In this document: positions 55,557 to 63,986 of the stretch, piece after piece | How the letters are laid out: each line of letters opens with the position of its first letter | Numbering within the stretch: position 1 is the stretch's first letter | Origin: a phage | DNA length: 64,000 nt | Direction: 5' to 3' (one strand) | Sequence record: PV467749.1 | Notes under the pieces: model-generated | Seen by the model: the letters and a program-made list of their open reading frames with translations, nothing else | What the model was told of the DNA's origin: nothing | Database searches by the model: none | Position numbers and translations under genes: made by a program

Positions 55557-55733
55557 TTAGTACGAATCAGATTCCCAGTACTCGATTGCTTCTTTCAGCA
55601 ATTCTTTAGCACGTTGTTTTGCAATGCGAGCGGGTAACAGATATGTGTACATTAACTGACGCTTCACTTCATTCAGTGAAAGCTGTTCATGGTACAGTGC
55701 ATCCATCAGTCGATTACGAGTACGTAGTTTCAT
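55557..55733 (-). CDS. hypothetical small protein (58 aa, below cutoff)
   Basis: My translation: MKLRTRNRLMDALYHEQLSLNEVKRQLMYTYLLPARIAKQRAKELLKEAIEYWESDSY. SD AAGGATAA; replaces antisense track ORF 55619..55822. Confidence 0.55.
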   Translation of the reverse strand: MKLRTRNRLMDALYHEQLSLNEVKRQLMYTYLLPARIAKQRAKELLKEAIEYWESDSY

Positions 55734-55744
55734 ATAAGTTATCC

Positions 55745-56299
55745 TTATTTCAAAGAATCATAGTAAGCAGTGTCAAAGATTGGAGTCATAATAACATAGT
55801 CAATACGGTCAATGTAAGTTGAACTCCACATTTCTGGTTTGTCATAAAATTGACGCTCGCGTTCATTCATACGAGTCAGTACTTCTTCCAATTTACTACG
55901 TGAAGCCATCAATGTATTACGCGATCCATAAGTGAAGTACTCAGTCCATTGATATTCATATTCAGTACTGATAGATTGAATAGTACCATCTTTGAAATGA
56001 GCTAAGGCATATCCTTTCTCTACAAAGTTATCAGGTGGAAGAACACTATCTGGATTAGTTTTCAATGCTTTGGTTAACTTTTCTTTAATTTCAGTTAACG
56101 TGCATACTGAACGAATGTTCTTCAGGTTTGATACTTGAAAATCACTGTACTTTCCAAAGAAAAATACACGCCAATCTTTAGGTTCATTATCAGATACGGT
56201 AATATTCGGATGATGGGCGAGTAAACGAAGAAGGCCAGCTTTGTGACCGTTAATGTAGATCTCATGGATGTGGTTAGCAGTTTTCTTAAAAGTAATCAT
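55745..56299 (-). CDS. hypothetical protein
   Basis: Start moved to MITFKKTANH (SD GAGGAA); 184 aa. Confidence 0.8.
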   Translation of the reverse strand: MITFKKTANHIHEIYINGHKAGLLRLLAHHPNITVSDNEPKDWRVFFFGKYSDFQVSNLKNIRSVCTLTEIKEKLTKALKTNPDSVLPPDNFVEKGYALAHFKDGTIQSISTEYEYQWTEYFTYGSRNTLMASRSKLEEVLTRMNERERQFYDKPEMWSSTYIDRIDYVIMTPIFDTAYYDSLK

Positions 56300-56355
56300 G
56301 ACAATTCCTCGATTGTGGGATGAGAAGTTCATCCCCTTGATAAACATTATACAGT

Positions 56356-56383
56356 ACTGAATGAGTTTGTCAACTCAAAATAA
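56356..56383 (-). promoter_or_regulatory. promoter + 5' stem-loop cassette (PeSL-like)
   Basis: TTGACA-N16-TATAAT + GGGATGAacttcTCATCCC hairpin; overlaps the 3' end of 56375..56755. Confidence 0.7.
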
Positions 56384-56755
56384 ATTCATTTCATGTGCGT
56401 ATTGTGGTTCAAGATGCGATAAGTTTTTGAAGCTTTCTTTCAACTCAGCATCATCTACATACACCGTGCCTGGTACATTCCCCATAGTGAAACCTACCCA
56501 CACAGTCATGTCACCAGTCCCTAAGCGTGGCATTGATAGCGAACCATCAGGTGAAACATCAAACGCTACACTGAAGTCATCAGTAACAACGTCAGAACCA
56601 TTTTCGAGAATAATACATCCACTATCTTTAAGCTTCTGAATGTGGATAGCAGCCTCTACAGCACGTTTGAAGTTATAGTAAGACTCTTTATCCTCAAACA
56701 TTGATTGTTTAATCAGACGCTTGTTTAGCTCGGTTACTTTGTGCATTTGACGCAT
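56375..56755 (-). CDS. hypothetical protein
   Basis: 126-aa ORF. Confidence 0.75.
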   Translation of the reverse strand: MRQMHKVTELNKRLIKQSMFEDKESYYNFKRAVEAAIHIQKLKDSGCIILENGSDVVTDDFSVAFDVSPDGSLSMPRLGTGDMTVWVGFTMGNVPGTVYVDDAELKESFKNLSHLEPQYAHEMNLF

Positions 56756-57012
56756 TACTTATCCATCTCCCACAGTTGTAGAATTTCATAAGAGCCTGGT
56801 GGTGCTGGATTCCTGATCTCAGGGAATTGAGTACTTTTAGGATTTCCACCAGCATTAAATTCGTCAAGTAATGATTCCAGTTCGCGACGATCCTGAACAA
56901 CATAAACACAATCACCTGAACCTTCTTCGAGAATCATTTCACTTCCTGCACAATCCCATACTGTTGAGATACATAGAATCTCTTTTGTATTTTTATTACG
57001 CAATGCAAACAT
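56755..57012 (-). CDS. hypothetical protein
   Basis: 85-aa ORF; 1-nt overlap with the downstream start. Confidence 0.7.
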   Translation of the reverse strand: MFALRNKNTKEILCISTVWDCAGSEMILEEGSGDCVYVVQDRRELESLLDEFNAGGNPKSTQFPEIRNPAPPGSYEILQLWEMDK

Positions 57013-57020
57013 AGCACCCC

Positions 57021-57365
57021 CTATCGATTTGGCATTTTATCTCGTAATCTAATGAGATAATCAACCACAGACCATGTTGAAATGAAAGTGATATAAGTAC
57101 CGAAGAATCCTACCAGAATAAAGGCAACAAGTGTACTCCCATTTGGATCTTCAGCTTTAATACCGATGATACCATCAAATACAGTGAAAAATGTAGACAT
57201 ACACGTTAAACAGATGTACATCACCAATAAGAATTCATGTTTCAATGATGGATATAAACGGTCAAAGAGTTTATAAAATTTAAAGTACAGTAGGAGTATA
57301 CCAACAAAGACATAGAAAGTAAACAGTGTTGTTATGATATATGATATTAAATTTAAATTATACAT
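57021..57365 (-). CDS. small multi-pass membrane protein, TM family member
   Basis: Start set at MYNLNLISY (2 nt after the upstream stop); tail LIRLRDKMPNR. Confidence 0.7.
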   Translation of the reverse strand: MYNLNLISYIITTLFTFYVFVGILLLYFKFYKLFDRLYPSLKHEFLLVMYICLTCMSTFFTVFDGIIGIKAEDPNGSTLVAFILVGFFGTYITFISTWSVVDYLIRLRDKMPNR

Positions 57366-57366
57366 C

Positions 57367-57714
57367 TCAACGCTCCGGTAGATTATCACGTAATGTTTTG
57401 ATTCGATTATACAATTTCATTGCTACATTTCCAAATAAACCAAAACCCATTACTAAAATGTATGCGATGATCATAGTAATAATTACAATAGTACCTAGAC
57501 TGTAATGTACTGCACTGATACCCATTATTGTTTCTACAATGATGTGAGCAACAGAAATAATCAAAAGTACTACTACAATTGGATGATTTGGATACATTCG
57601 GTTAAACAATGTTTTGTACTTAAAGAAGTACAGTACTCCACCAAATAAGAAGTACACAATGTAGATTGATGCAACTGCATAAGCAAACGCATTAGTGTAA
57701 AAAATCATTATCAA
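57367..57714 (-). CDS. small multi-pass membrane protein, TM family member
   Basis: 115 aa; tail IKTLRDNLPER. Confidence 0.75.
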   Translation of the reverse strand: MIMIFYTNAFAYAVASIYIVYFLFGGVLYFFKYKTLFNRMYPNHPIVVVLLIISVAHIIVETIMGISAVHYSLGTIVIITMIIAYILVMGFGLFGNVAMKLYNRIKTLRDNLPER

Positions 57715-57717
57715 TCC

Positions 57718-58056
57718 TTACTTTTCAGGGATTTTATTACGCCACTCATCGATGCGATGAAGCAGTTTAAAGAGCAAAAATATCGGAACAGTAGCTATCA
57801 TAGTAGCAATTGTTAGTAATGTCAACACCGATACGAGATTTAATTCGTCAGTACTATATCCACATACCAGTGCTTCAATTATCCCCCACGTACATACACT
57901 GAACATCAAAAATGAAATTGGTGCATCGTAGTATATGCGTTGATACAAGGTCGTGTATCGGAAGAATGCAATAATGTAACAAAACATGTAATACACCCAA
58001 ATTAACGATACTACATAAAATGATACCTTATTAATTAATTCAAAATGATGTTCCAT
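57718..58056 (-). CDS. small multi-pass membrane protein, TM family member
   Basis: 112 aa; tail IDEWRNKIPEK (compare ELRNKIPEE at 52616). Confidence 0.75.
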   Translation of the reverse strand: MEHHFELINKVSFYVVSLIWVYYMFCYIIAFFRYTTLYQRIYYDAPISFLMFSVCTWGIIEALVCGYSTDELNLVSVLTLLTIATMIATVPIFLLFKLLHRIDEWRNKIPEK

Positions 58057-58065
58057 TTTTACCCC

Positions 58066-58341
58066 CTACATATATTCTAAGAATAATGTATTAGCTTCGT
58101 CTATGTTCTTAAGATAATACATGTAATACAGATTTGGTTGTCCGTCTTTTGAACTCAAATCAAAGTACTTTAAACTATGCACCTTCATGACAAAAACAAA
58201 TAATGACTTAAAACCAATCTCACCGTACTTAATAAACAGTTCATCTAAATGAATGTAACTCTTAGTTTCAGATAATTCCTTCACATCATCTTCAATTTCT
58301 TGTAAGCGAAGTTTACCGATTAAGTTTTCAAATGAACGCAT
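58066..58341 (-). CDS. hypothetical protein
   Basis: Start set at MRSFENL (SD AAGGAA); the track start 58368 overlaps the upstream gene. Confidence 0.65.
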   Translation of the reverse strand: MRSFENLIGKLRLQEIEDDVKELSETKSYIHLDELFIKYGEIGFKSLFVFVMKVHSLKYFDLSSKDGQPNLYYMYYLKNIDEANTLFLEYM

Positions 58342-58352
58342 GATGTTGTTCC

Positions 58353-58766
58353 TTATGCTGGTACACAATTTTTTATAATGAATACACGTTTCATGAATGA
58401 ACTTTCATATACGTACTTCAGTTTACCATTTTCACGCATACGATGAAACACATCTTTACCGCTAGTACTCCATGTTGAACCAGTCTCTGCATCAACATTG
58501 TTCATTACACCAGATGTTACATTCACCCCGTACTTGAAGCTAAAGGTACTACCTTCTTCTACTAGAGGGATTGGTGTACTACGTTCATGTTCCAGTACAA
58601 GTTTACTGCCGATGATGTTGTACGAAGTTAGCTTGCATTTTAAAACACCCATCTCTTGTGCAGTTGGGTAATTCTTCTCAAATAAATCAGATACTTCATT
58701 TGCATAACAAACTGAACTAATCATAAGAAGTAATGAACTGATAGAACGGAAAATAACTTTTAACAT
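58353..58766 (-). CDS. secreted protein (signal peptide, two-Cys family)
   Basis: MLKVIFRSISSLLLMISSVCYA|NEV; Cys at VLKC and 3 residues from the C-terminus (IKNCVPA). Confidence 0.75.
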   Translation of the reverse strand: MLKVIFRSISSLLLMISSVCYANEVSDLFEKNYPTAQEMGVLKCKLTSYNIIGSKLVLEHERSTPIPLVEEGSTFSFKYGVNVTSGVMNNVDAETGSTWSTSGKDVFHRMRENGKLKYVYESSFMKRVFIIKNCVPA

Positions 58767-58792
58767 GTTTGCCTCCAGTAGTTGATGAAATG

Positions 58793-58832
58793 ATTATAGC
58801 AAAAAGGGCCGACCGAAGTCAACCCTTTTCTT
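58793..58832 (-). promoter_or_regulatory. terminator-promoter fusion cassette
   Basis: GGGTTGAC-TTCG-GTCGGCCC hairpin + T-run; TTGACT-N18-TATAAT. Confidence 0.7.
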
Positions 58833-59207
58833 TTATATTTTACATGTCATGTCTGGTTTTGGCTTTTCATTCTTTGGCTTTTCAAATGGATTTGGCTTAG
58901 GGGACTTTTTATCTTTGTCATCTTTAGCTTTCTTTTTGTTTTCTTTTTTATCCGATTTGTCAGCTTTGTCTTTCTTATCTTTTGAATCTTTGTCAGCTTT
59001 AGATTGTGGTTCCTCACATACAGCAGTTTTTGGCTCCGGCATATCACATGAGTTATCCACTGGTTTAATGAACTCTTTACAGTTGTAGAAGTATAAACTT
59101 TCATTGGTAGTAAGATTGTGGAATCTAAAGGTATTTTCACCATTAGTATATACTTTCTTAGTACTCTCAATATCATTACACATTGCAACTGTGTCACCGG
59201 AATTCAT
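58833..59207 (-). CDS. hypothetical protein with Lys/Asp-rich low-complexity tail
   Basis: 124 aa; C-terminal KADKDSKDKKDKADKSDKKENKKKAKDDKDKK; preferred over alternative frame 58847..59197. Confidence 0.6.
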   Translation of the reverse strand: MNSGDTVAMCNDIESTKKVYTNGENTFRFHNLTTNESLYFYNCKEFIKPVDNSCDMPEPKTAVCEEPQSKADKDSKDKKDKADKSDKKENKKKAKDDKDKKSPKPNPFEKPKNEKPKPDMTCKI

Positions 59208-59445
59208 GCTCGATACCTATTACATCCGACTTACGTTCAGATAGTATTCCAGACGTATATCGATCTTTGTTATCAAATGCATTGAACCCTATAGTTTTAT
59301 TATTGTCATGTACCAATCCTCTAGTGTAAGACTTGGTATAGAACTCACCGTTTCTAAACTCCTGTCTAGCAATGGAGCACTGGTATTCAGTACTATAAAC
59401 TATATCAGTAAACAATACAAGTGAAAATAAAACATATTTAAACAT
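59194..59445 (-). CDS. small secreted protein (signal peptide)
   Basis: MFKYVLFSLVLFTDIVYS|TEYQC..; 83 aa. Confidence 0.65.
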   Translation of the reverse strand: MFKYVLFSLVLFTDIVYSTEYQCSIARQEFRNGEFYTKSYTRGLVHDNNKTIGFNAFDNKDRYTSGILSERKSDVIGIEHEFR

Positions 59446-59480
59446 TGCATTACCTCTTATAAAACCCTCTACAATATTTA

Positions 59481-59507
59481 CAAAAAAAGGTTGACCGAAG
59501 TCAACCT
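59481..59507 (-). terminator. rho-independent terminator (UUCG tetraloop)
   Basis: GGTTGAC-TTCG-GTCAACC + T7 on the minus strand, after the stop of 59517..61028. Confidence 0.8.
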
Positions 59508-59516
59508 TTTAAATGT

Positions 59517-61028
59517 TTATTTTTTATCCTTTCCAACACCACGGTCGTACTCTTTGAATGAGTTATCAAGTGTAGTTAGTGCATACTCATATGCTTCTGG
59601 TGATTCAATGTCAACATCATCTGCACCATTTACTAAATCAGCCCAAGCCTTTTGAAGTTTACGAGCATTGTTACCAACATTATCTTTAATCCAACTAATA
59701 TTTTTGTTGATACTTTTACTATCAGCACCTGCTTTTTTACCAATCTCGGATATCCACATCATTAACTTTTGAAGTTCATGAATTGATTTATCAGTCATTT
59801 CAAGATGTTCTTCTTCCATACCGTCAGAATCAGATGAACCAACGTCAATTCCATGTTTAGCTAATAGTTTACCAAGTTCAAAGAATGCAGCTTCAGCAGG
59901 GAAGTCATAACCTTTGTCTTTGTAGTTATTCCATGCACTATCAAACTCGTCAACAAAACGGTTAGCATAATCTGGATTTTTAACTAATGCTTTATATACT
60001 GCCATTGCATGTTCAAAACCTTCTTTATCTGACCCAAACTCTTCCATCTCAGGACGATGAATATATCCATCCATATCAACGGTATCAGGTAGATCTTCTT
60101 GTTCAGGTTCTACATCTTTCTGTTCAACTGCACCTTCTTCATCTGCACGCTTTAGATAACCATCTGGTGTTACCTTCTCACCATGTTCTGCTTCATACTT
60201 TTTCATAGTGTTGAATGCAGCATCCATAGCTGTTACGAAGCGACTTTTCTCACCTTGTACATAAGATTTAAGTGCACTGTTAACTGCATCTGATACGAGC
60301 TTAACCTTATCGTCTTTACCTTCTAAACGGTTTTCAAGTTTAGCCAGTACATTCTTGATTTGCTGGGCATTAGCACGGTCTGCTTTACCAATACTATCAA
60401 AAGTTTTAAGAATACCATCAAGACTTGCTTCACCCTGTTCAGGTTCTTTCGAATCTTCTTTGTGTGTACCTTCAAGTGCACGCATGATAGTACTGAATAC
60501 TTCAGTGGGTTCAGTACTCTTATTACCTTTCATTGCATCAAGTACAGCTTGTGCTTTACCTTTGAGTTCTTCTTTAGGAACTGCCTGTAGTGCTTTGACA
60601 ATACCCTGAATCAACTGTGGTTTGTTAGCAAAGATCTTACCTAAGTTATCAGATAACTCTTTAACAGGGTTAGCTGCTTTAGGAGCTTCTGGTTTTGGTT
60701 CTTCTTTAGGAACTGCTTGTTCTTTCTCAGCACGTTCCATATCAGCAAGGCGTTGTTTCTGTGTTGCGTTAAGAAGACCTAATGAGTTAACATAACGTAG
60801 CTTTTCTAGCTCAGTCATGTTCTCAGTACTCTTAACTTCACCTGCTTCTGCGTTTGCCTTACCAGCTAAACCTGTCCCTTGATTACGTGAACCACGTGAC
60901 CCCTGTCCTGCTTGGTAGCTATTTTGACGACGATTGCGTTCACTCCATTTATCAGAGTGACCTGCCATGTTCCCGCCATTTTTATCAGTAAATTGACCTG
61001 GCATTTGATTTCTCTCCATAGATTTCAT
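59517..61028 (-). CDS. large acidic hypothetical protein; N-terminal region paralogous to 61861..62259
   Basis: 503 aa. Shared DKWS/DKWN, Y(V/L)(N/D)SLGLL, PKEE(L/H).(G/A)K. Alternative start at MPGQF (61004) has the better SD, GGAGAG. Confidence 0.8.
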   Translation of the reverse strand: MKSMERNQMPGQFTDKNGGNMAGHSDKWSERNRRQNSYQAGQGSRGSRNQGTGLAGKANAEAGEVKSTENMTELEKLRYVNSLGLLNATQKQRLADMERAEKEQAVPKEEPKPEAPKAANPVKELSDNLGKIFANKPQLIQGIVKALQAVPKEELKGKAQAVLDAMKGNKSTEPTEVFSTIMRALEGTHKEDSKEPEQGEASLDGILKTFDSIGKADRANAQQIKNVLAKLENRLEGKDDKVKLVSDAVNSALKSYVQGEKSRFVTAMDAAFNTMKKYEAEHGEKVTPDGYLKRADEEGAVEQKDVEPEQEDLPDTVDMDGYIHRPEMEEFGSDKEGFEHAMAVYKALVKNPDYANRFVDEFDSAWNNYKDKGYDFPAEAAFFELGKLLAKHGIDVGSSDSDGMEEEHLEMTDKSIHELQKLMMWISEIGKKAGADSKSINKNISWIKDNVGNNARKLQKAWADLVNGADDVDIESPEAYEYALTTLDNSFKEYDRGVGKDKK

Positions 61029-61059
61029 ATTGTTTATTCTCTATGACTATATTTATAGT

Positions 61060-61088
61060 ATAAAGAAAAGGTTGACCGAAGTCAACCC
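61060..61088 (-). terminator. rho-independent terminator (UUCG tetraloop) overlapping a -35 TTGACT
   Basis: GGTTGAC-TTCG-GTCAACC + TTTTCTTT; TATACT/TACTAT -10 candidates follow. Confidence 0.75.
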
Positions 61089-61109
61089 TATTTTCACTGT
61101 ACTATACCA

Positions 61110-61406
61110 TTAGTAGTTACAGTCAGCTTTCGCTGTGAATGTTTTACTTTCACCTCGTTGTGTGGTGATTCGTCCGAGTAAAGTAGTTTTGTCAATAGTC
61201 ATTGTAGTTAGTACTGGAACATTACCTTCAAAGTCAATAGCTTTGAAATTGTAGGTGGTTTCATTCTCCACTACACTTGGACCAAAGAGTTCATATGTGT
61301 TGATTTCAAGTGTGTCACCATCTGAACGCAACAGTGTGCAGTCCAGATTAGGAGTAGCCAGTACTGGGAAAGCCAAACACATCATCATTACAATAATTAA
61401 TTTCAT
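61110..61406 (-). CDS. small secreted protein (signal peptide, two-Cys family)
   Basis: Start moved to MKLIIVMMMCLAFPVLA|TPNLDC; C-terminal KADCNY. Confidence 0.75.
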   Translation of the reverse strand: MKLIIVMMMCLAFPVLATPNLDCTLLRSDGDTLEINTYELFGPSVVENETTYNFKAIDFEGNVPVLTTMTIDKTTLLGRITTQRGESKTFTAKADCNY

Positions 61407-61407
61407 T

Positions 61408-61665
61408 TCACTTCTCCTGTTTTTTCTTAGGATCAACCAATGACCAAATGAAGAATCCGAGAATTACAAGTACCCACAGAATCATGATAAAGAAAGCAAA
61501 CAGTACAATAGTATTTGTCAAAAAGAAATACAATAGAATGTTCGACCCAATACTACATACAATCAATGCAGCTTCATGTTTAACAACACGAATGGCTGTA
61601 ATGAGTGCGGGAAGAAATCCGACAAATAACAGTACTAATGCATATAGTGATAATGTTTCAGCCAT
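61408..61665 (-). CDS. small membrane protein
   Basis: 85 aa, three hydrophobic helices, basic tail. Confidence 0.7.
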   Translation of the reverse strand: MAETLSLYALVLLFVGFLPALITAIRVVKHEAALIVCSIGSNILLYFFLTNTIVLFAFFIMILWVLVILGFFIWSLVDPKKKQEK

Positions 61666-61673
61666 GATATCCC

Positions 61674-61787
61674 TTATTTGGTTTGTTCAACACTAGGTGT
61701 ATTGATATAGGTGTCAATTGAATAACATACTGTACCCACTACAACAGCAGCGATTAGGGCAGTGATGATGAATTTAGTACCTTGCAT
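61674..61787 (-). CDS. hypothetical 37-aa single-TM peptide (below cutoff)
   Basis: My translation: MQGTKFIITALIAAVVVGTVCYSIDTYINTPSVEQTK; SD GAGGT 8 nt upstream. Confidence 0.45.
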   Translation of the reverse strand: MQGTKFIITALIAAVVVGTVCYSIDTYINTPSVEQTK

Positions 61788-61834
61788 AATTTAATACCTC
61801 ACGTTGTTTGTATTTTGTATCACTTGATGAAAAT

Positions 61835-61868
61835 ATTATACGACAAAGGGCTGACTGAAGTCAACCCC
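61835..61868 (-). promoter_or_regulatory. terminator-promoter fusion cassette
   Basis: GGGGTTGAC-TTCA-GTCAGCCC hairpin; TTGACT-N18-TATAAT. The TGA stop of 61861..62259 lies inside GGGGTTGACT. Confidence 0.7.
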
Positions 61869-62259
61869 TTTTAATTATTTTTTTAAACTTATGTTTTTCG
61901 CCTTCAATAGAGTTCACGATGTCATCATGAATCTTGCGAAGGTTATGAGTTTTCTTTAGTGCTTCATGTAGTGCACGGAATGCTGCGTGTACTGTTGCCT
62001 TGAAGTGCTCTTTAGGAGTCACTTTAAGTTTCTCAATGATATCACGTACATAAATTGGATGATCTTCAAATACACGATTCAATTCATGGCCTAGTGATTC
62101 TAGACTGAAAGCTTTTTCACGTGAAGGACGATCATGTGCAAGACTTTGGTCAGGCTTTAGTAGACCTAGTGAATCAAGATACTTATGCTTATGTGCATTA
62201 TCAATTCCAGAAATATCCACATCATGCGATGGATCTTTCTTATTCCATTTATCAACCAT
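61861..62259 (-). CDS. hypothetical protein, short paralog of the N-terminal region of 59517..61028
   Basis: 132 aa; see shared motifs above. Confidence 0.75.
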   Translation of the reverse strand: MVDKWNKKDPSHDVDISGIDNAHKHKYLDSLGLLKPDQSLAHDRPSREKAFSLESLGHELNRVFEDHPIYVRDIIEKLKVTPKEHFKATVHAAFRALHEALKKTHNLRKIHDDIVNSIEGEKHKFKKIIKRG

Positions 62260-62370
62260 TTCATACTCCTTAAAGAGATAAATTACTTTAATATTTATAC
62301 TTCATGTGCTGTTTATTTCAACAGACACTTAAGATTATATCACATATGAAATGGTTGTTCCAACGTCAAA

Positions 62371-62814
62371 TCAGTACTGTTTAAGTTCTGAACTGAAGAT
62401 AAAGGAATCCATATCTTCTAGTGTTAACTTCAAGTTCGGTGTGTACTTTAATATCACACATTCAGGTTTCTTAATGGCAGCTTGATAGGCAGCAATTGCC
62501 AACTGTTGAAGCTGCTCTGGTGTGTAGTTCATGCGTTCTGCATTGAATACGATGTTCTTAATATCACCACCTGGCAGCTTCTCAAACTCACGCATAACAG
62601 CAGCCATCACATCATCAGATGTATTCTTATAAGCCCAATGAGGTAGTTGCATAACGTCATAAATCTCGCCATTGTCGTTCATAAGAGAGATCCATTTTTT
62701 ACCGTCCGATGAACTAAACAGACGACCTTTAATAGCAATGTTCTCTACCAAATTAACAAAGGCAAATATGTCTTGCTCATTTAGCTCAATGCTATTAACG
62801 TTAATCCAACCCAT
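62371..62814 (-). CDS. hypothetical protein
   Basis: 147-aa ORF, SD GGAGAT. Confidence 0.8.
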   Translation of the reverse strand: MGWINVNSIELNEQDIFAFVNLVENIAIKGRLFSSSDGKKWISLMNDNGEIYDVMQLPHWAYKNTSDDVMAAVMREFEKLPGGDIKNIVFNAERMNYTPEQLQQLAIAAYQAAIKKPECVILKYTPNLKLTLEDMDSFIFSSELKQY

Positions 62815-62827
62815 ACTTCATCTCCAG

Positions 62828-63400
62828 TTATAAATCACGAACGACATTCATTAAACACAATTTGGGCTTTATCGCATTCAAAACCCATATGCATTCTTTG
62901 TAAGTTGCTATTATAGCATCTAAATGCTCAGTTACAATGCTTTCTTGAAAATATTCTTCTTCATTGAGCTTTGCTAAATTAGTTACATCACATGTAGGTA
63001 CTATAGGTCTGGATTGTACACCCATTCCATTATTGATATTGGTAAAATGTAAAAAATTGTACTTCACCACACCTTTATCTACATTTATGATACATGACAA
63101 ATGTTCCAACTCAGTTAGTTCTGTATTACAAGTGACATTAATGAATCCAGCATTATAGGCTCTATAATCATCTACTGATATCTCAAAATCATTACGTTCA
63201 AATATAAGTGAAATGAGTTTGTCTTGTGGTTTAACCTTCTGAAATTTTACCGAATTTACGTATGATACGTTAATCTTAGATGAAATTATCTTTTTACTAA
63301 GTGCAGTTAATTCTTCTTTAGCCTTAAAAGTTAAAGTTATAGGTCTAAATCTAGAACTTTTGTTCTTCTTTGATACTTTGAACTTACCTTTTCTATTCAT
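62828..63400 (-). CDS. hypothetical 190-aa protein, distant paralog of 27818..28477 and 48973..49623
   Basis: Basic N-terminus; KLNEEEYFQESIV motif. Confidence 0.7.
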   Translation of the reverse strand: MNRKGKFKVSKKNKSSRFRPITLTFKAKEELTALSKKIISSKINVSYVNSVKFQKVKPQDKLISLIFERNDFEISVDDYRAYNAGFINVTCNTELTELEHLSCIINVDKGVVKYNFLHFTNINNGMGVQSRPIVPTCDVTNLAKLNEEEYFQESIVTEHLDAIIATYKECIWVLNAIKPKLCLMNVVRDL

Positions 63401-63454
63401 TAATTAAACCCCACATAAAGTAAAAGGGATGGCATATTACCAACCCTATATCTT

Positions 63455-63691
63455 TTATTTTTTAATAGATTCATAAAGCAGAAACAACCAAATAAACATT
63501 GATGAACAAACTACTACTGGGATTAATGTAAATTCAGTAAAGAATAAAAGTATTCCATAAGTTAGTATGCAACATAAGTTTACGTACATAATTGCTTCTG
63601 CATTTTTATTTTTCATTTTATATGCAATGAATGTTGGTGACCACATTACCAAAAATGCAAACAACGCACATATGATGATTATAGTTTCCAT
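63455..63691 (-). CDS. small membrane protein
   Basis: 78 aa, 2-3 hydrophobic helices; SD GGAGGTG. Confidence 0.75.
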   Translation of the reverse strand: METIIIICALFAFLVMWSPTFIAYKMKNKNAEAIMYVNLCCILTYGILLFFTEFTLIPVVVCSSMFIWLFLLYESIKK

Positions 63692-63761
63692 ATTACACCT
63701 CCGTAAAATAATGTTCTGTACTGCTATTATTTACAGAGAATATCTGAAAAATTGATCTAGA

Positions 63762-63986
63762 TCAATTTTTAGTCACTTTACAATTTGAATCTTTTTTGTA
63801 CTGAACAATCACATTGTTCTTAAGGAAGATGATGGTCCCATAGGAACCTTGGGCTGCAACTTCAACAATATGGTTCTTATATGTTTCAGTATACCCTTCC
63901 ATCTCGTTGATACACACTACATGATACTTTGGTTTAGCACATACAACAGTACTCAAGAATAGCAGTACTAGTACTAGATATTTCAT
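63762..63986 (-). CDS. small secreted protein (signal peptide, two-Cys family)
   Basis: MKYLVLVLLFLSTVVCA|KPKYHVVC..; C-terminal DSNCKVTKN. Confidence 0.75.
   Translation of the reverse strand: MKYLVLVLLFLSTVVCAKPKYHVVCINEMEGYTETYKNHIVEVAAQGSYGTIIFLKNNVIVQYKKDSNCKVTKN

Noticed and set aside
56709-56915. Track ORF 56709..56915 (-) and plus-strand ORF 56361..56639
   Set aside because: They overlap 56375..56755 and 56755..57012 out of frame or antisense and have no SD.
58847-59197. Alternative-frame ORF 58847..59197 (116 aa) overlapping 58833..59207
   Set aside because: The N-terminal two-thirds of the 58833..59207 frame looks like ordinary protein sequence. The other frame is dominated by K/L/T runs generated by the same A-rich repeat. 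Only one can be real, and the choice remains uncertain.
59194-59207. Possible frameshift fusing the secreted 59194..59445 product to 58833..59207, which would place a C-terminal-side Cys (FYNC) as in the two-Cys family
   Set aside because: Both ORFs have their own ATG. A 14-nt overlap is typical of the coupling seen throughout the window, and I see no slippery heptamer. Left as two genes.
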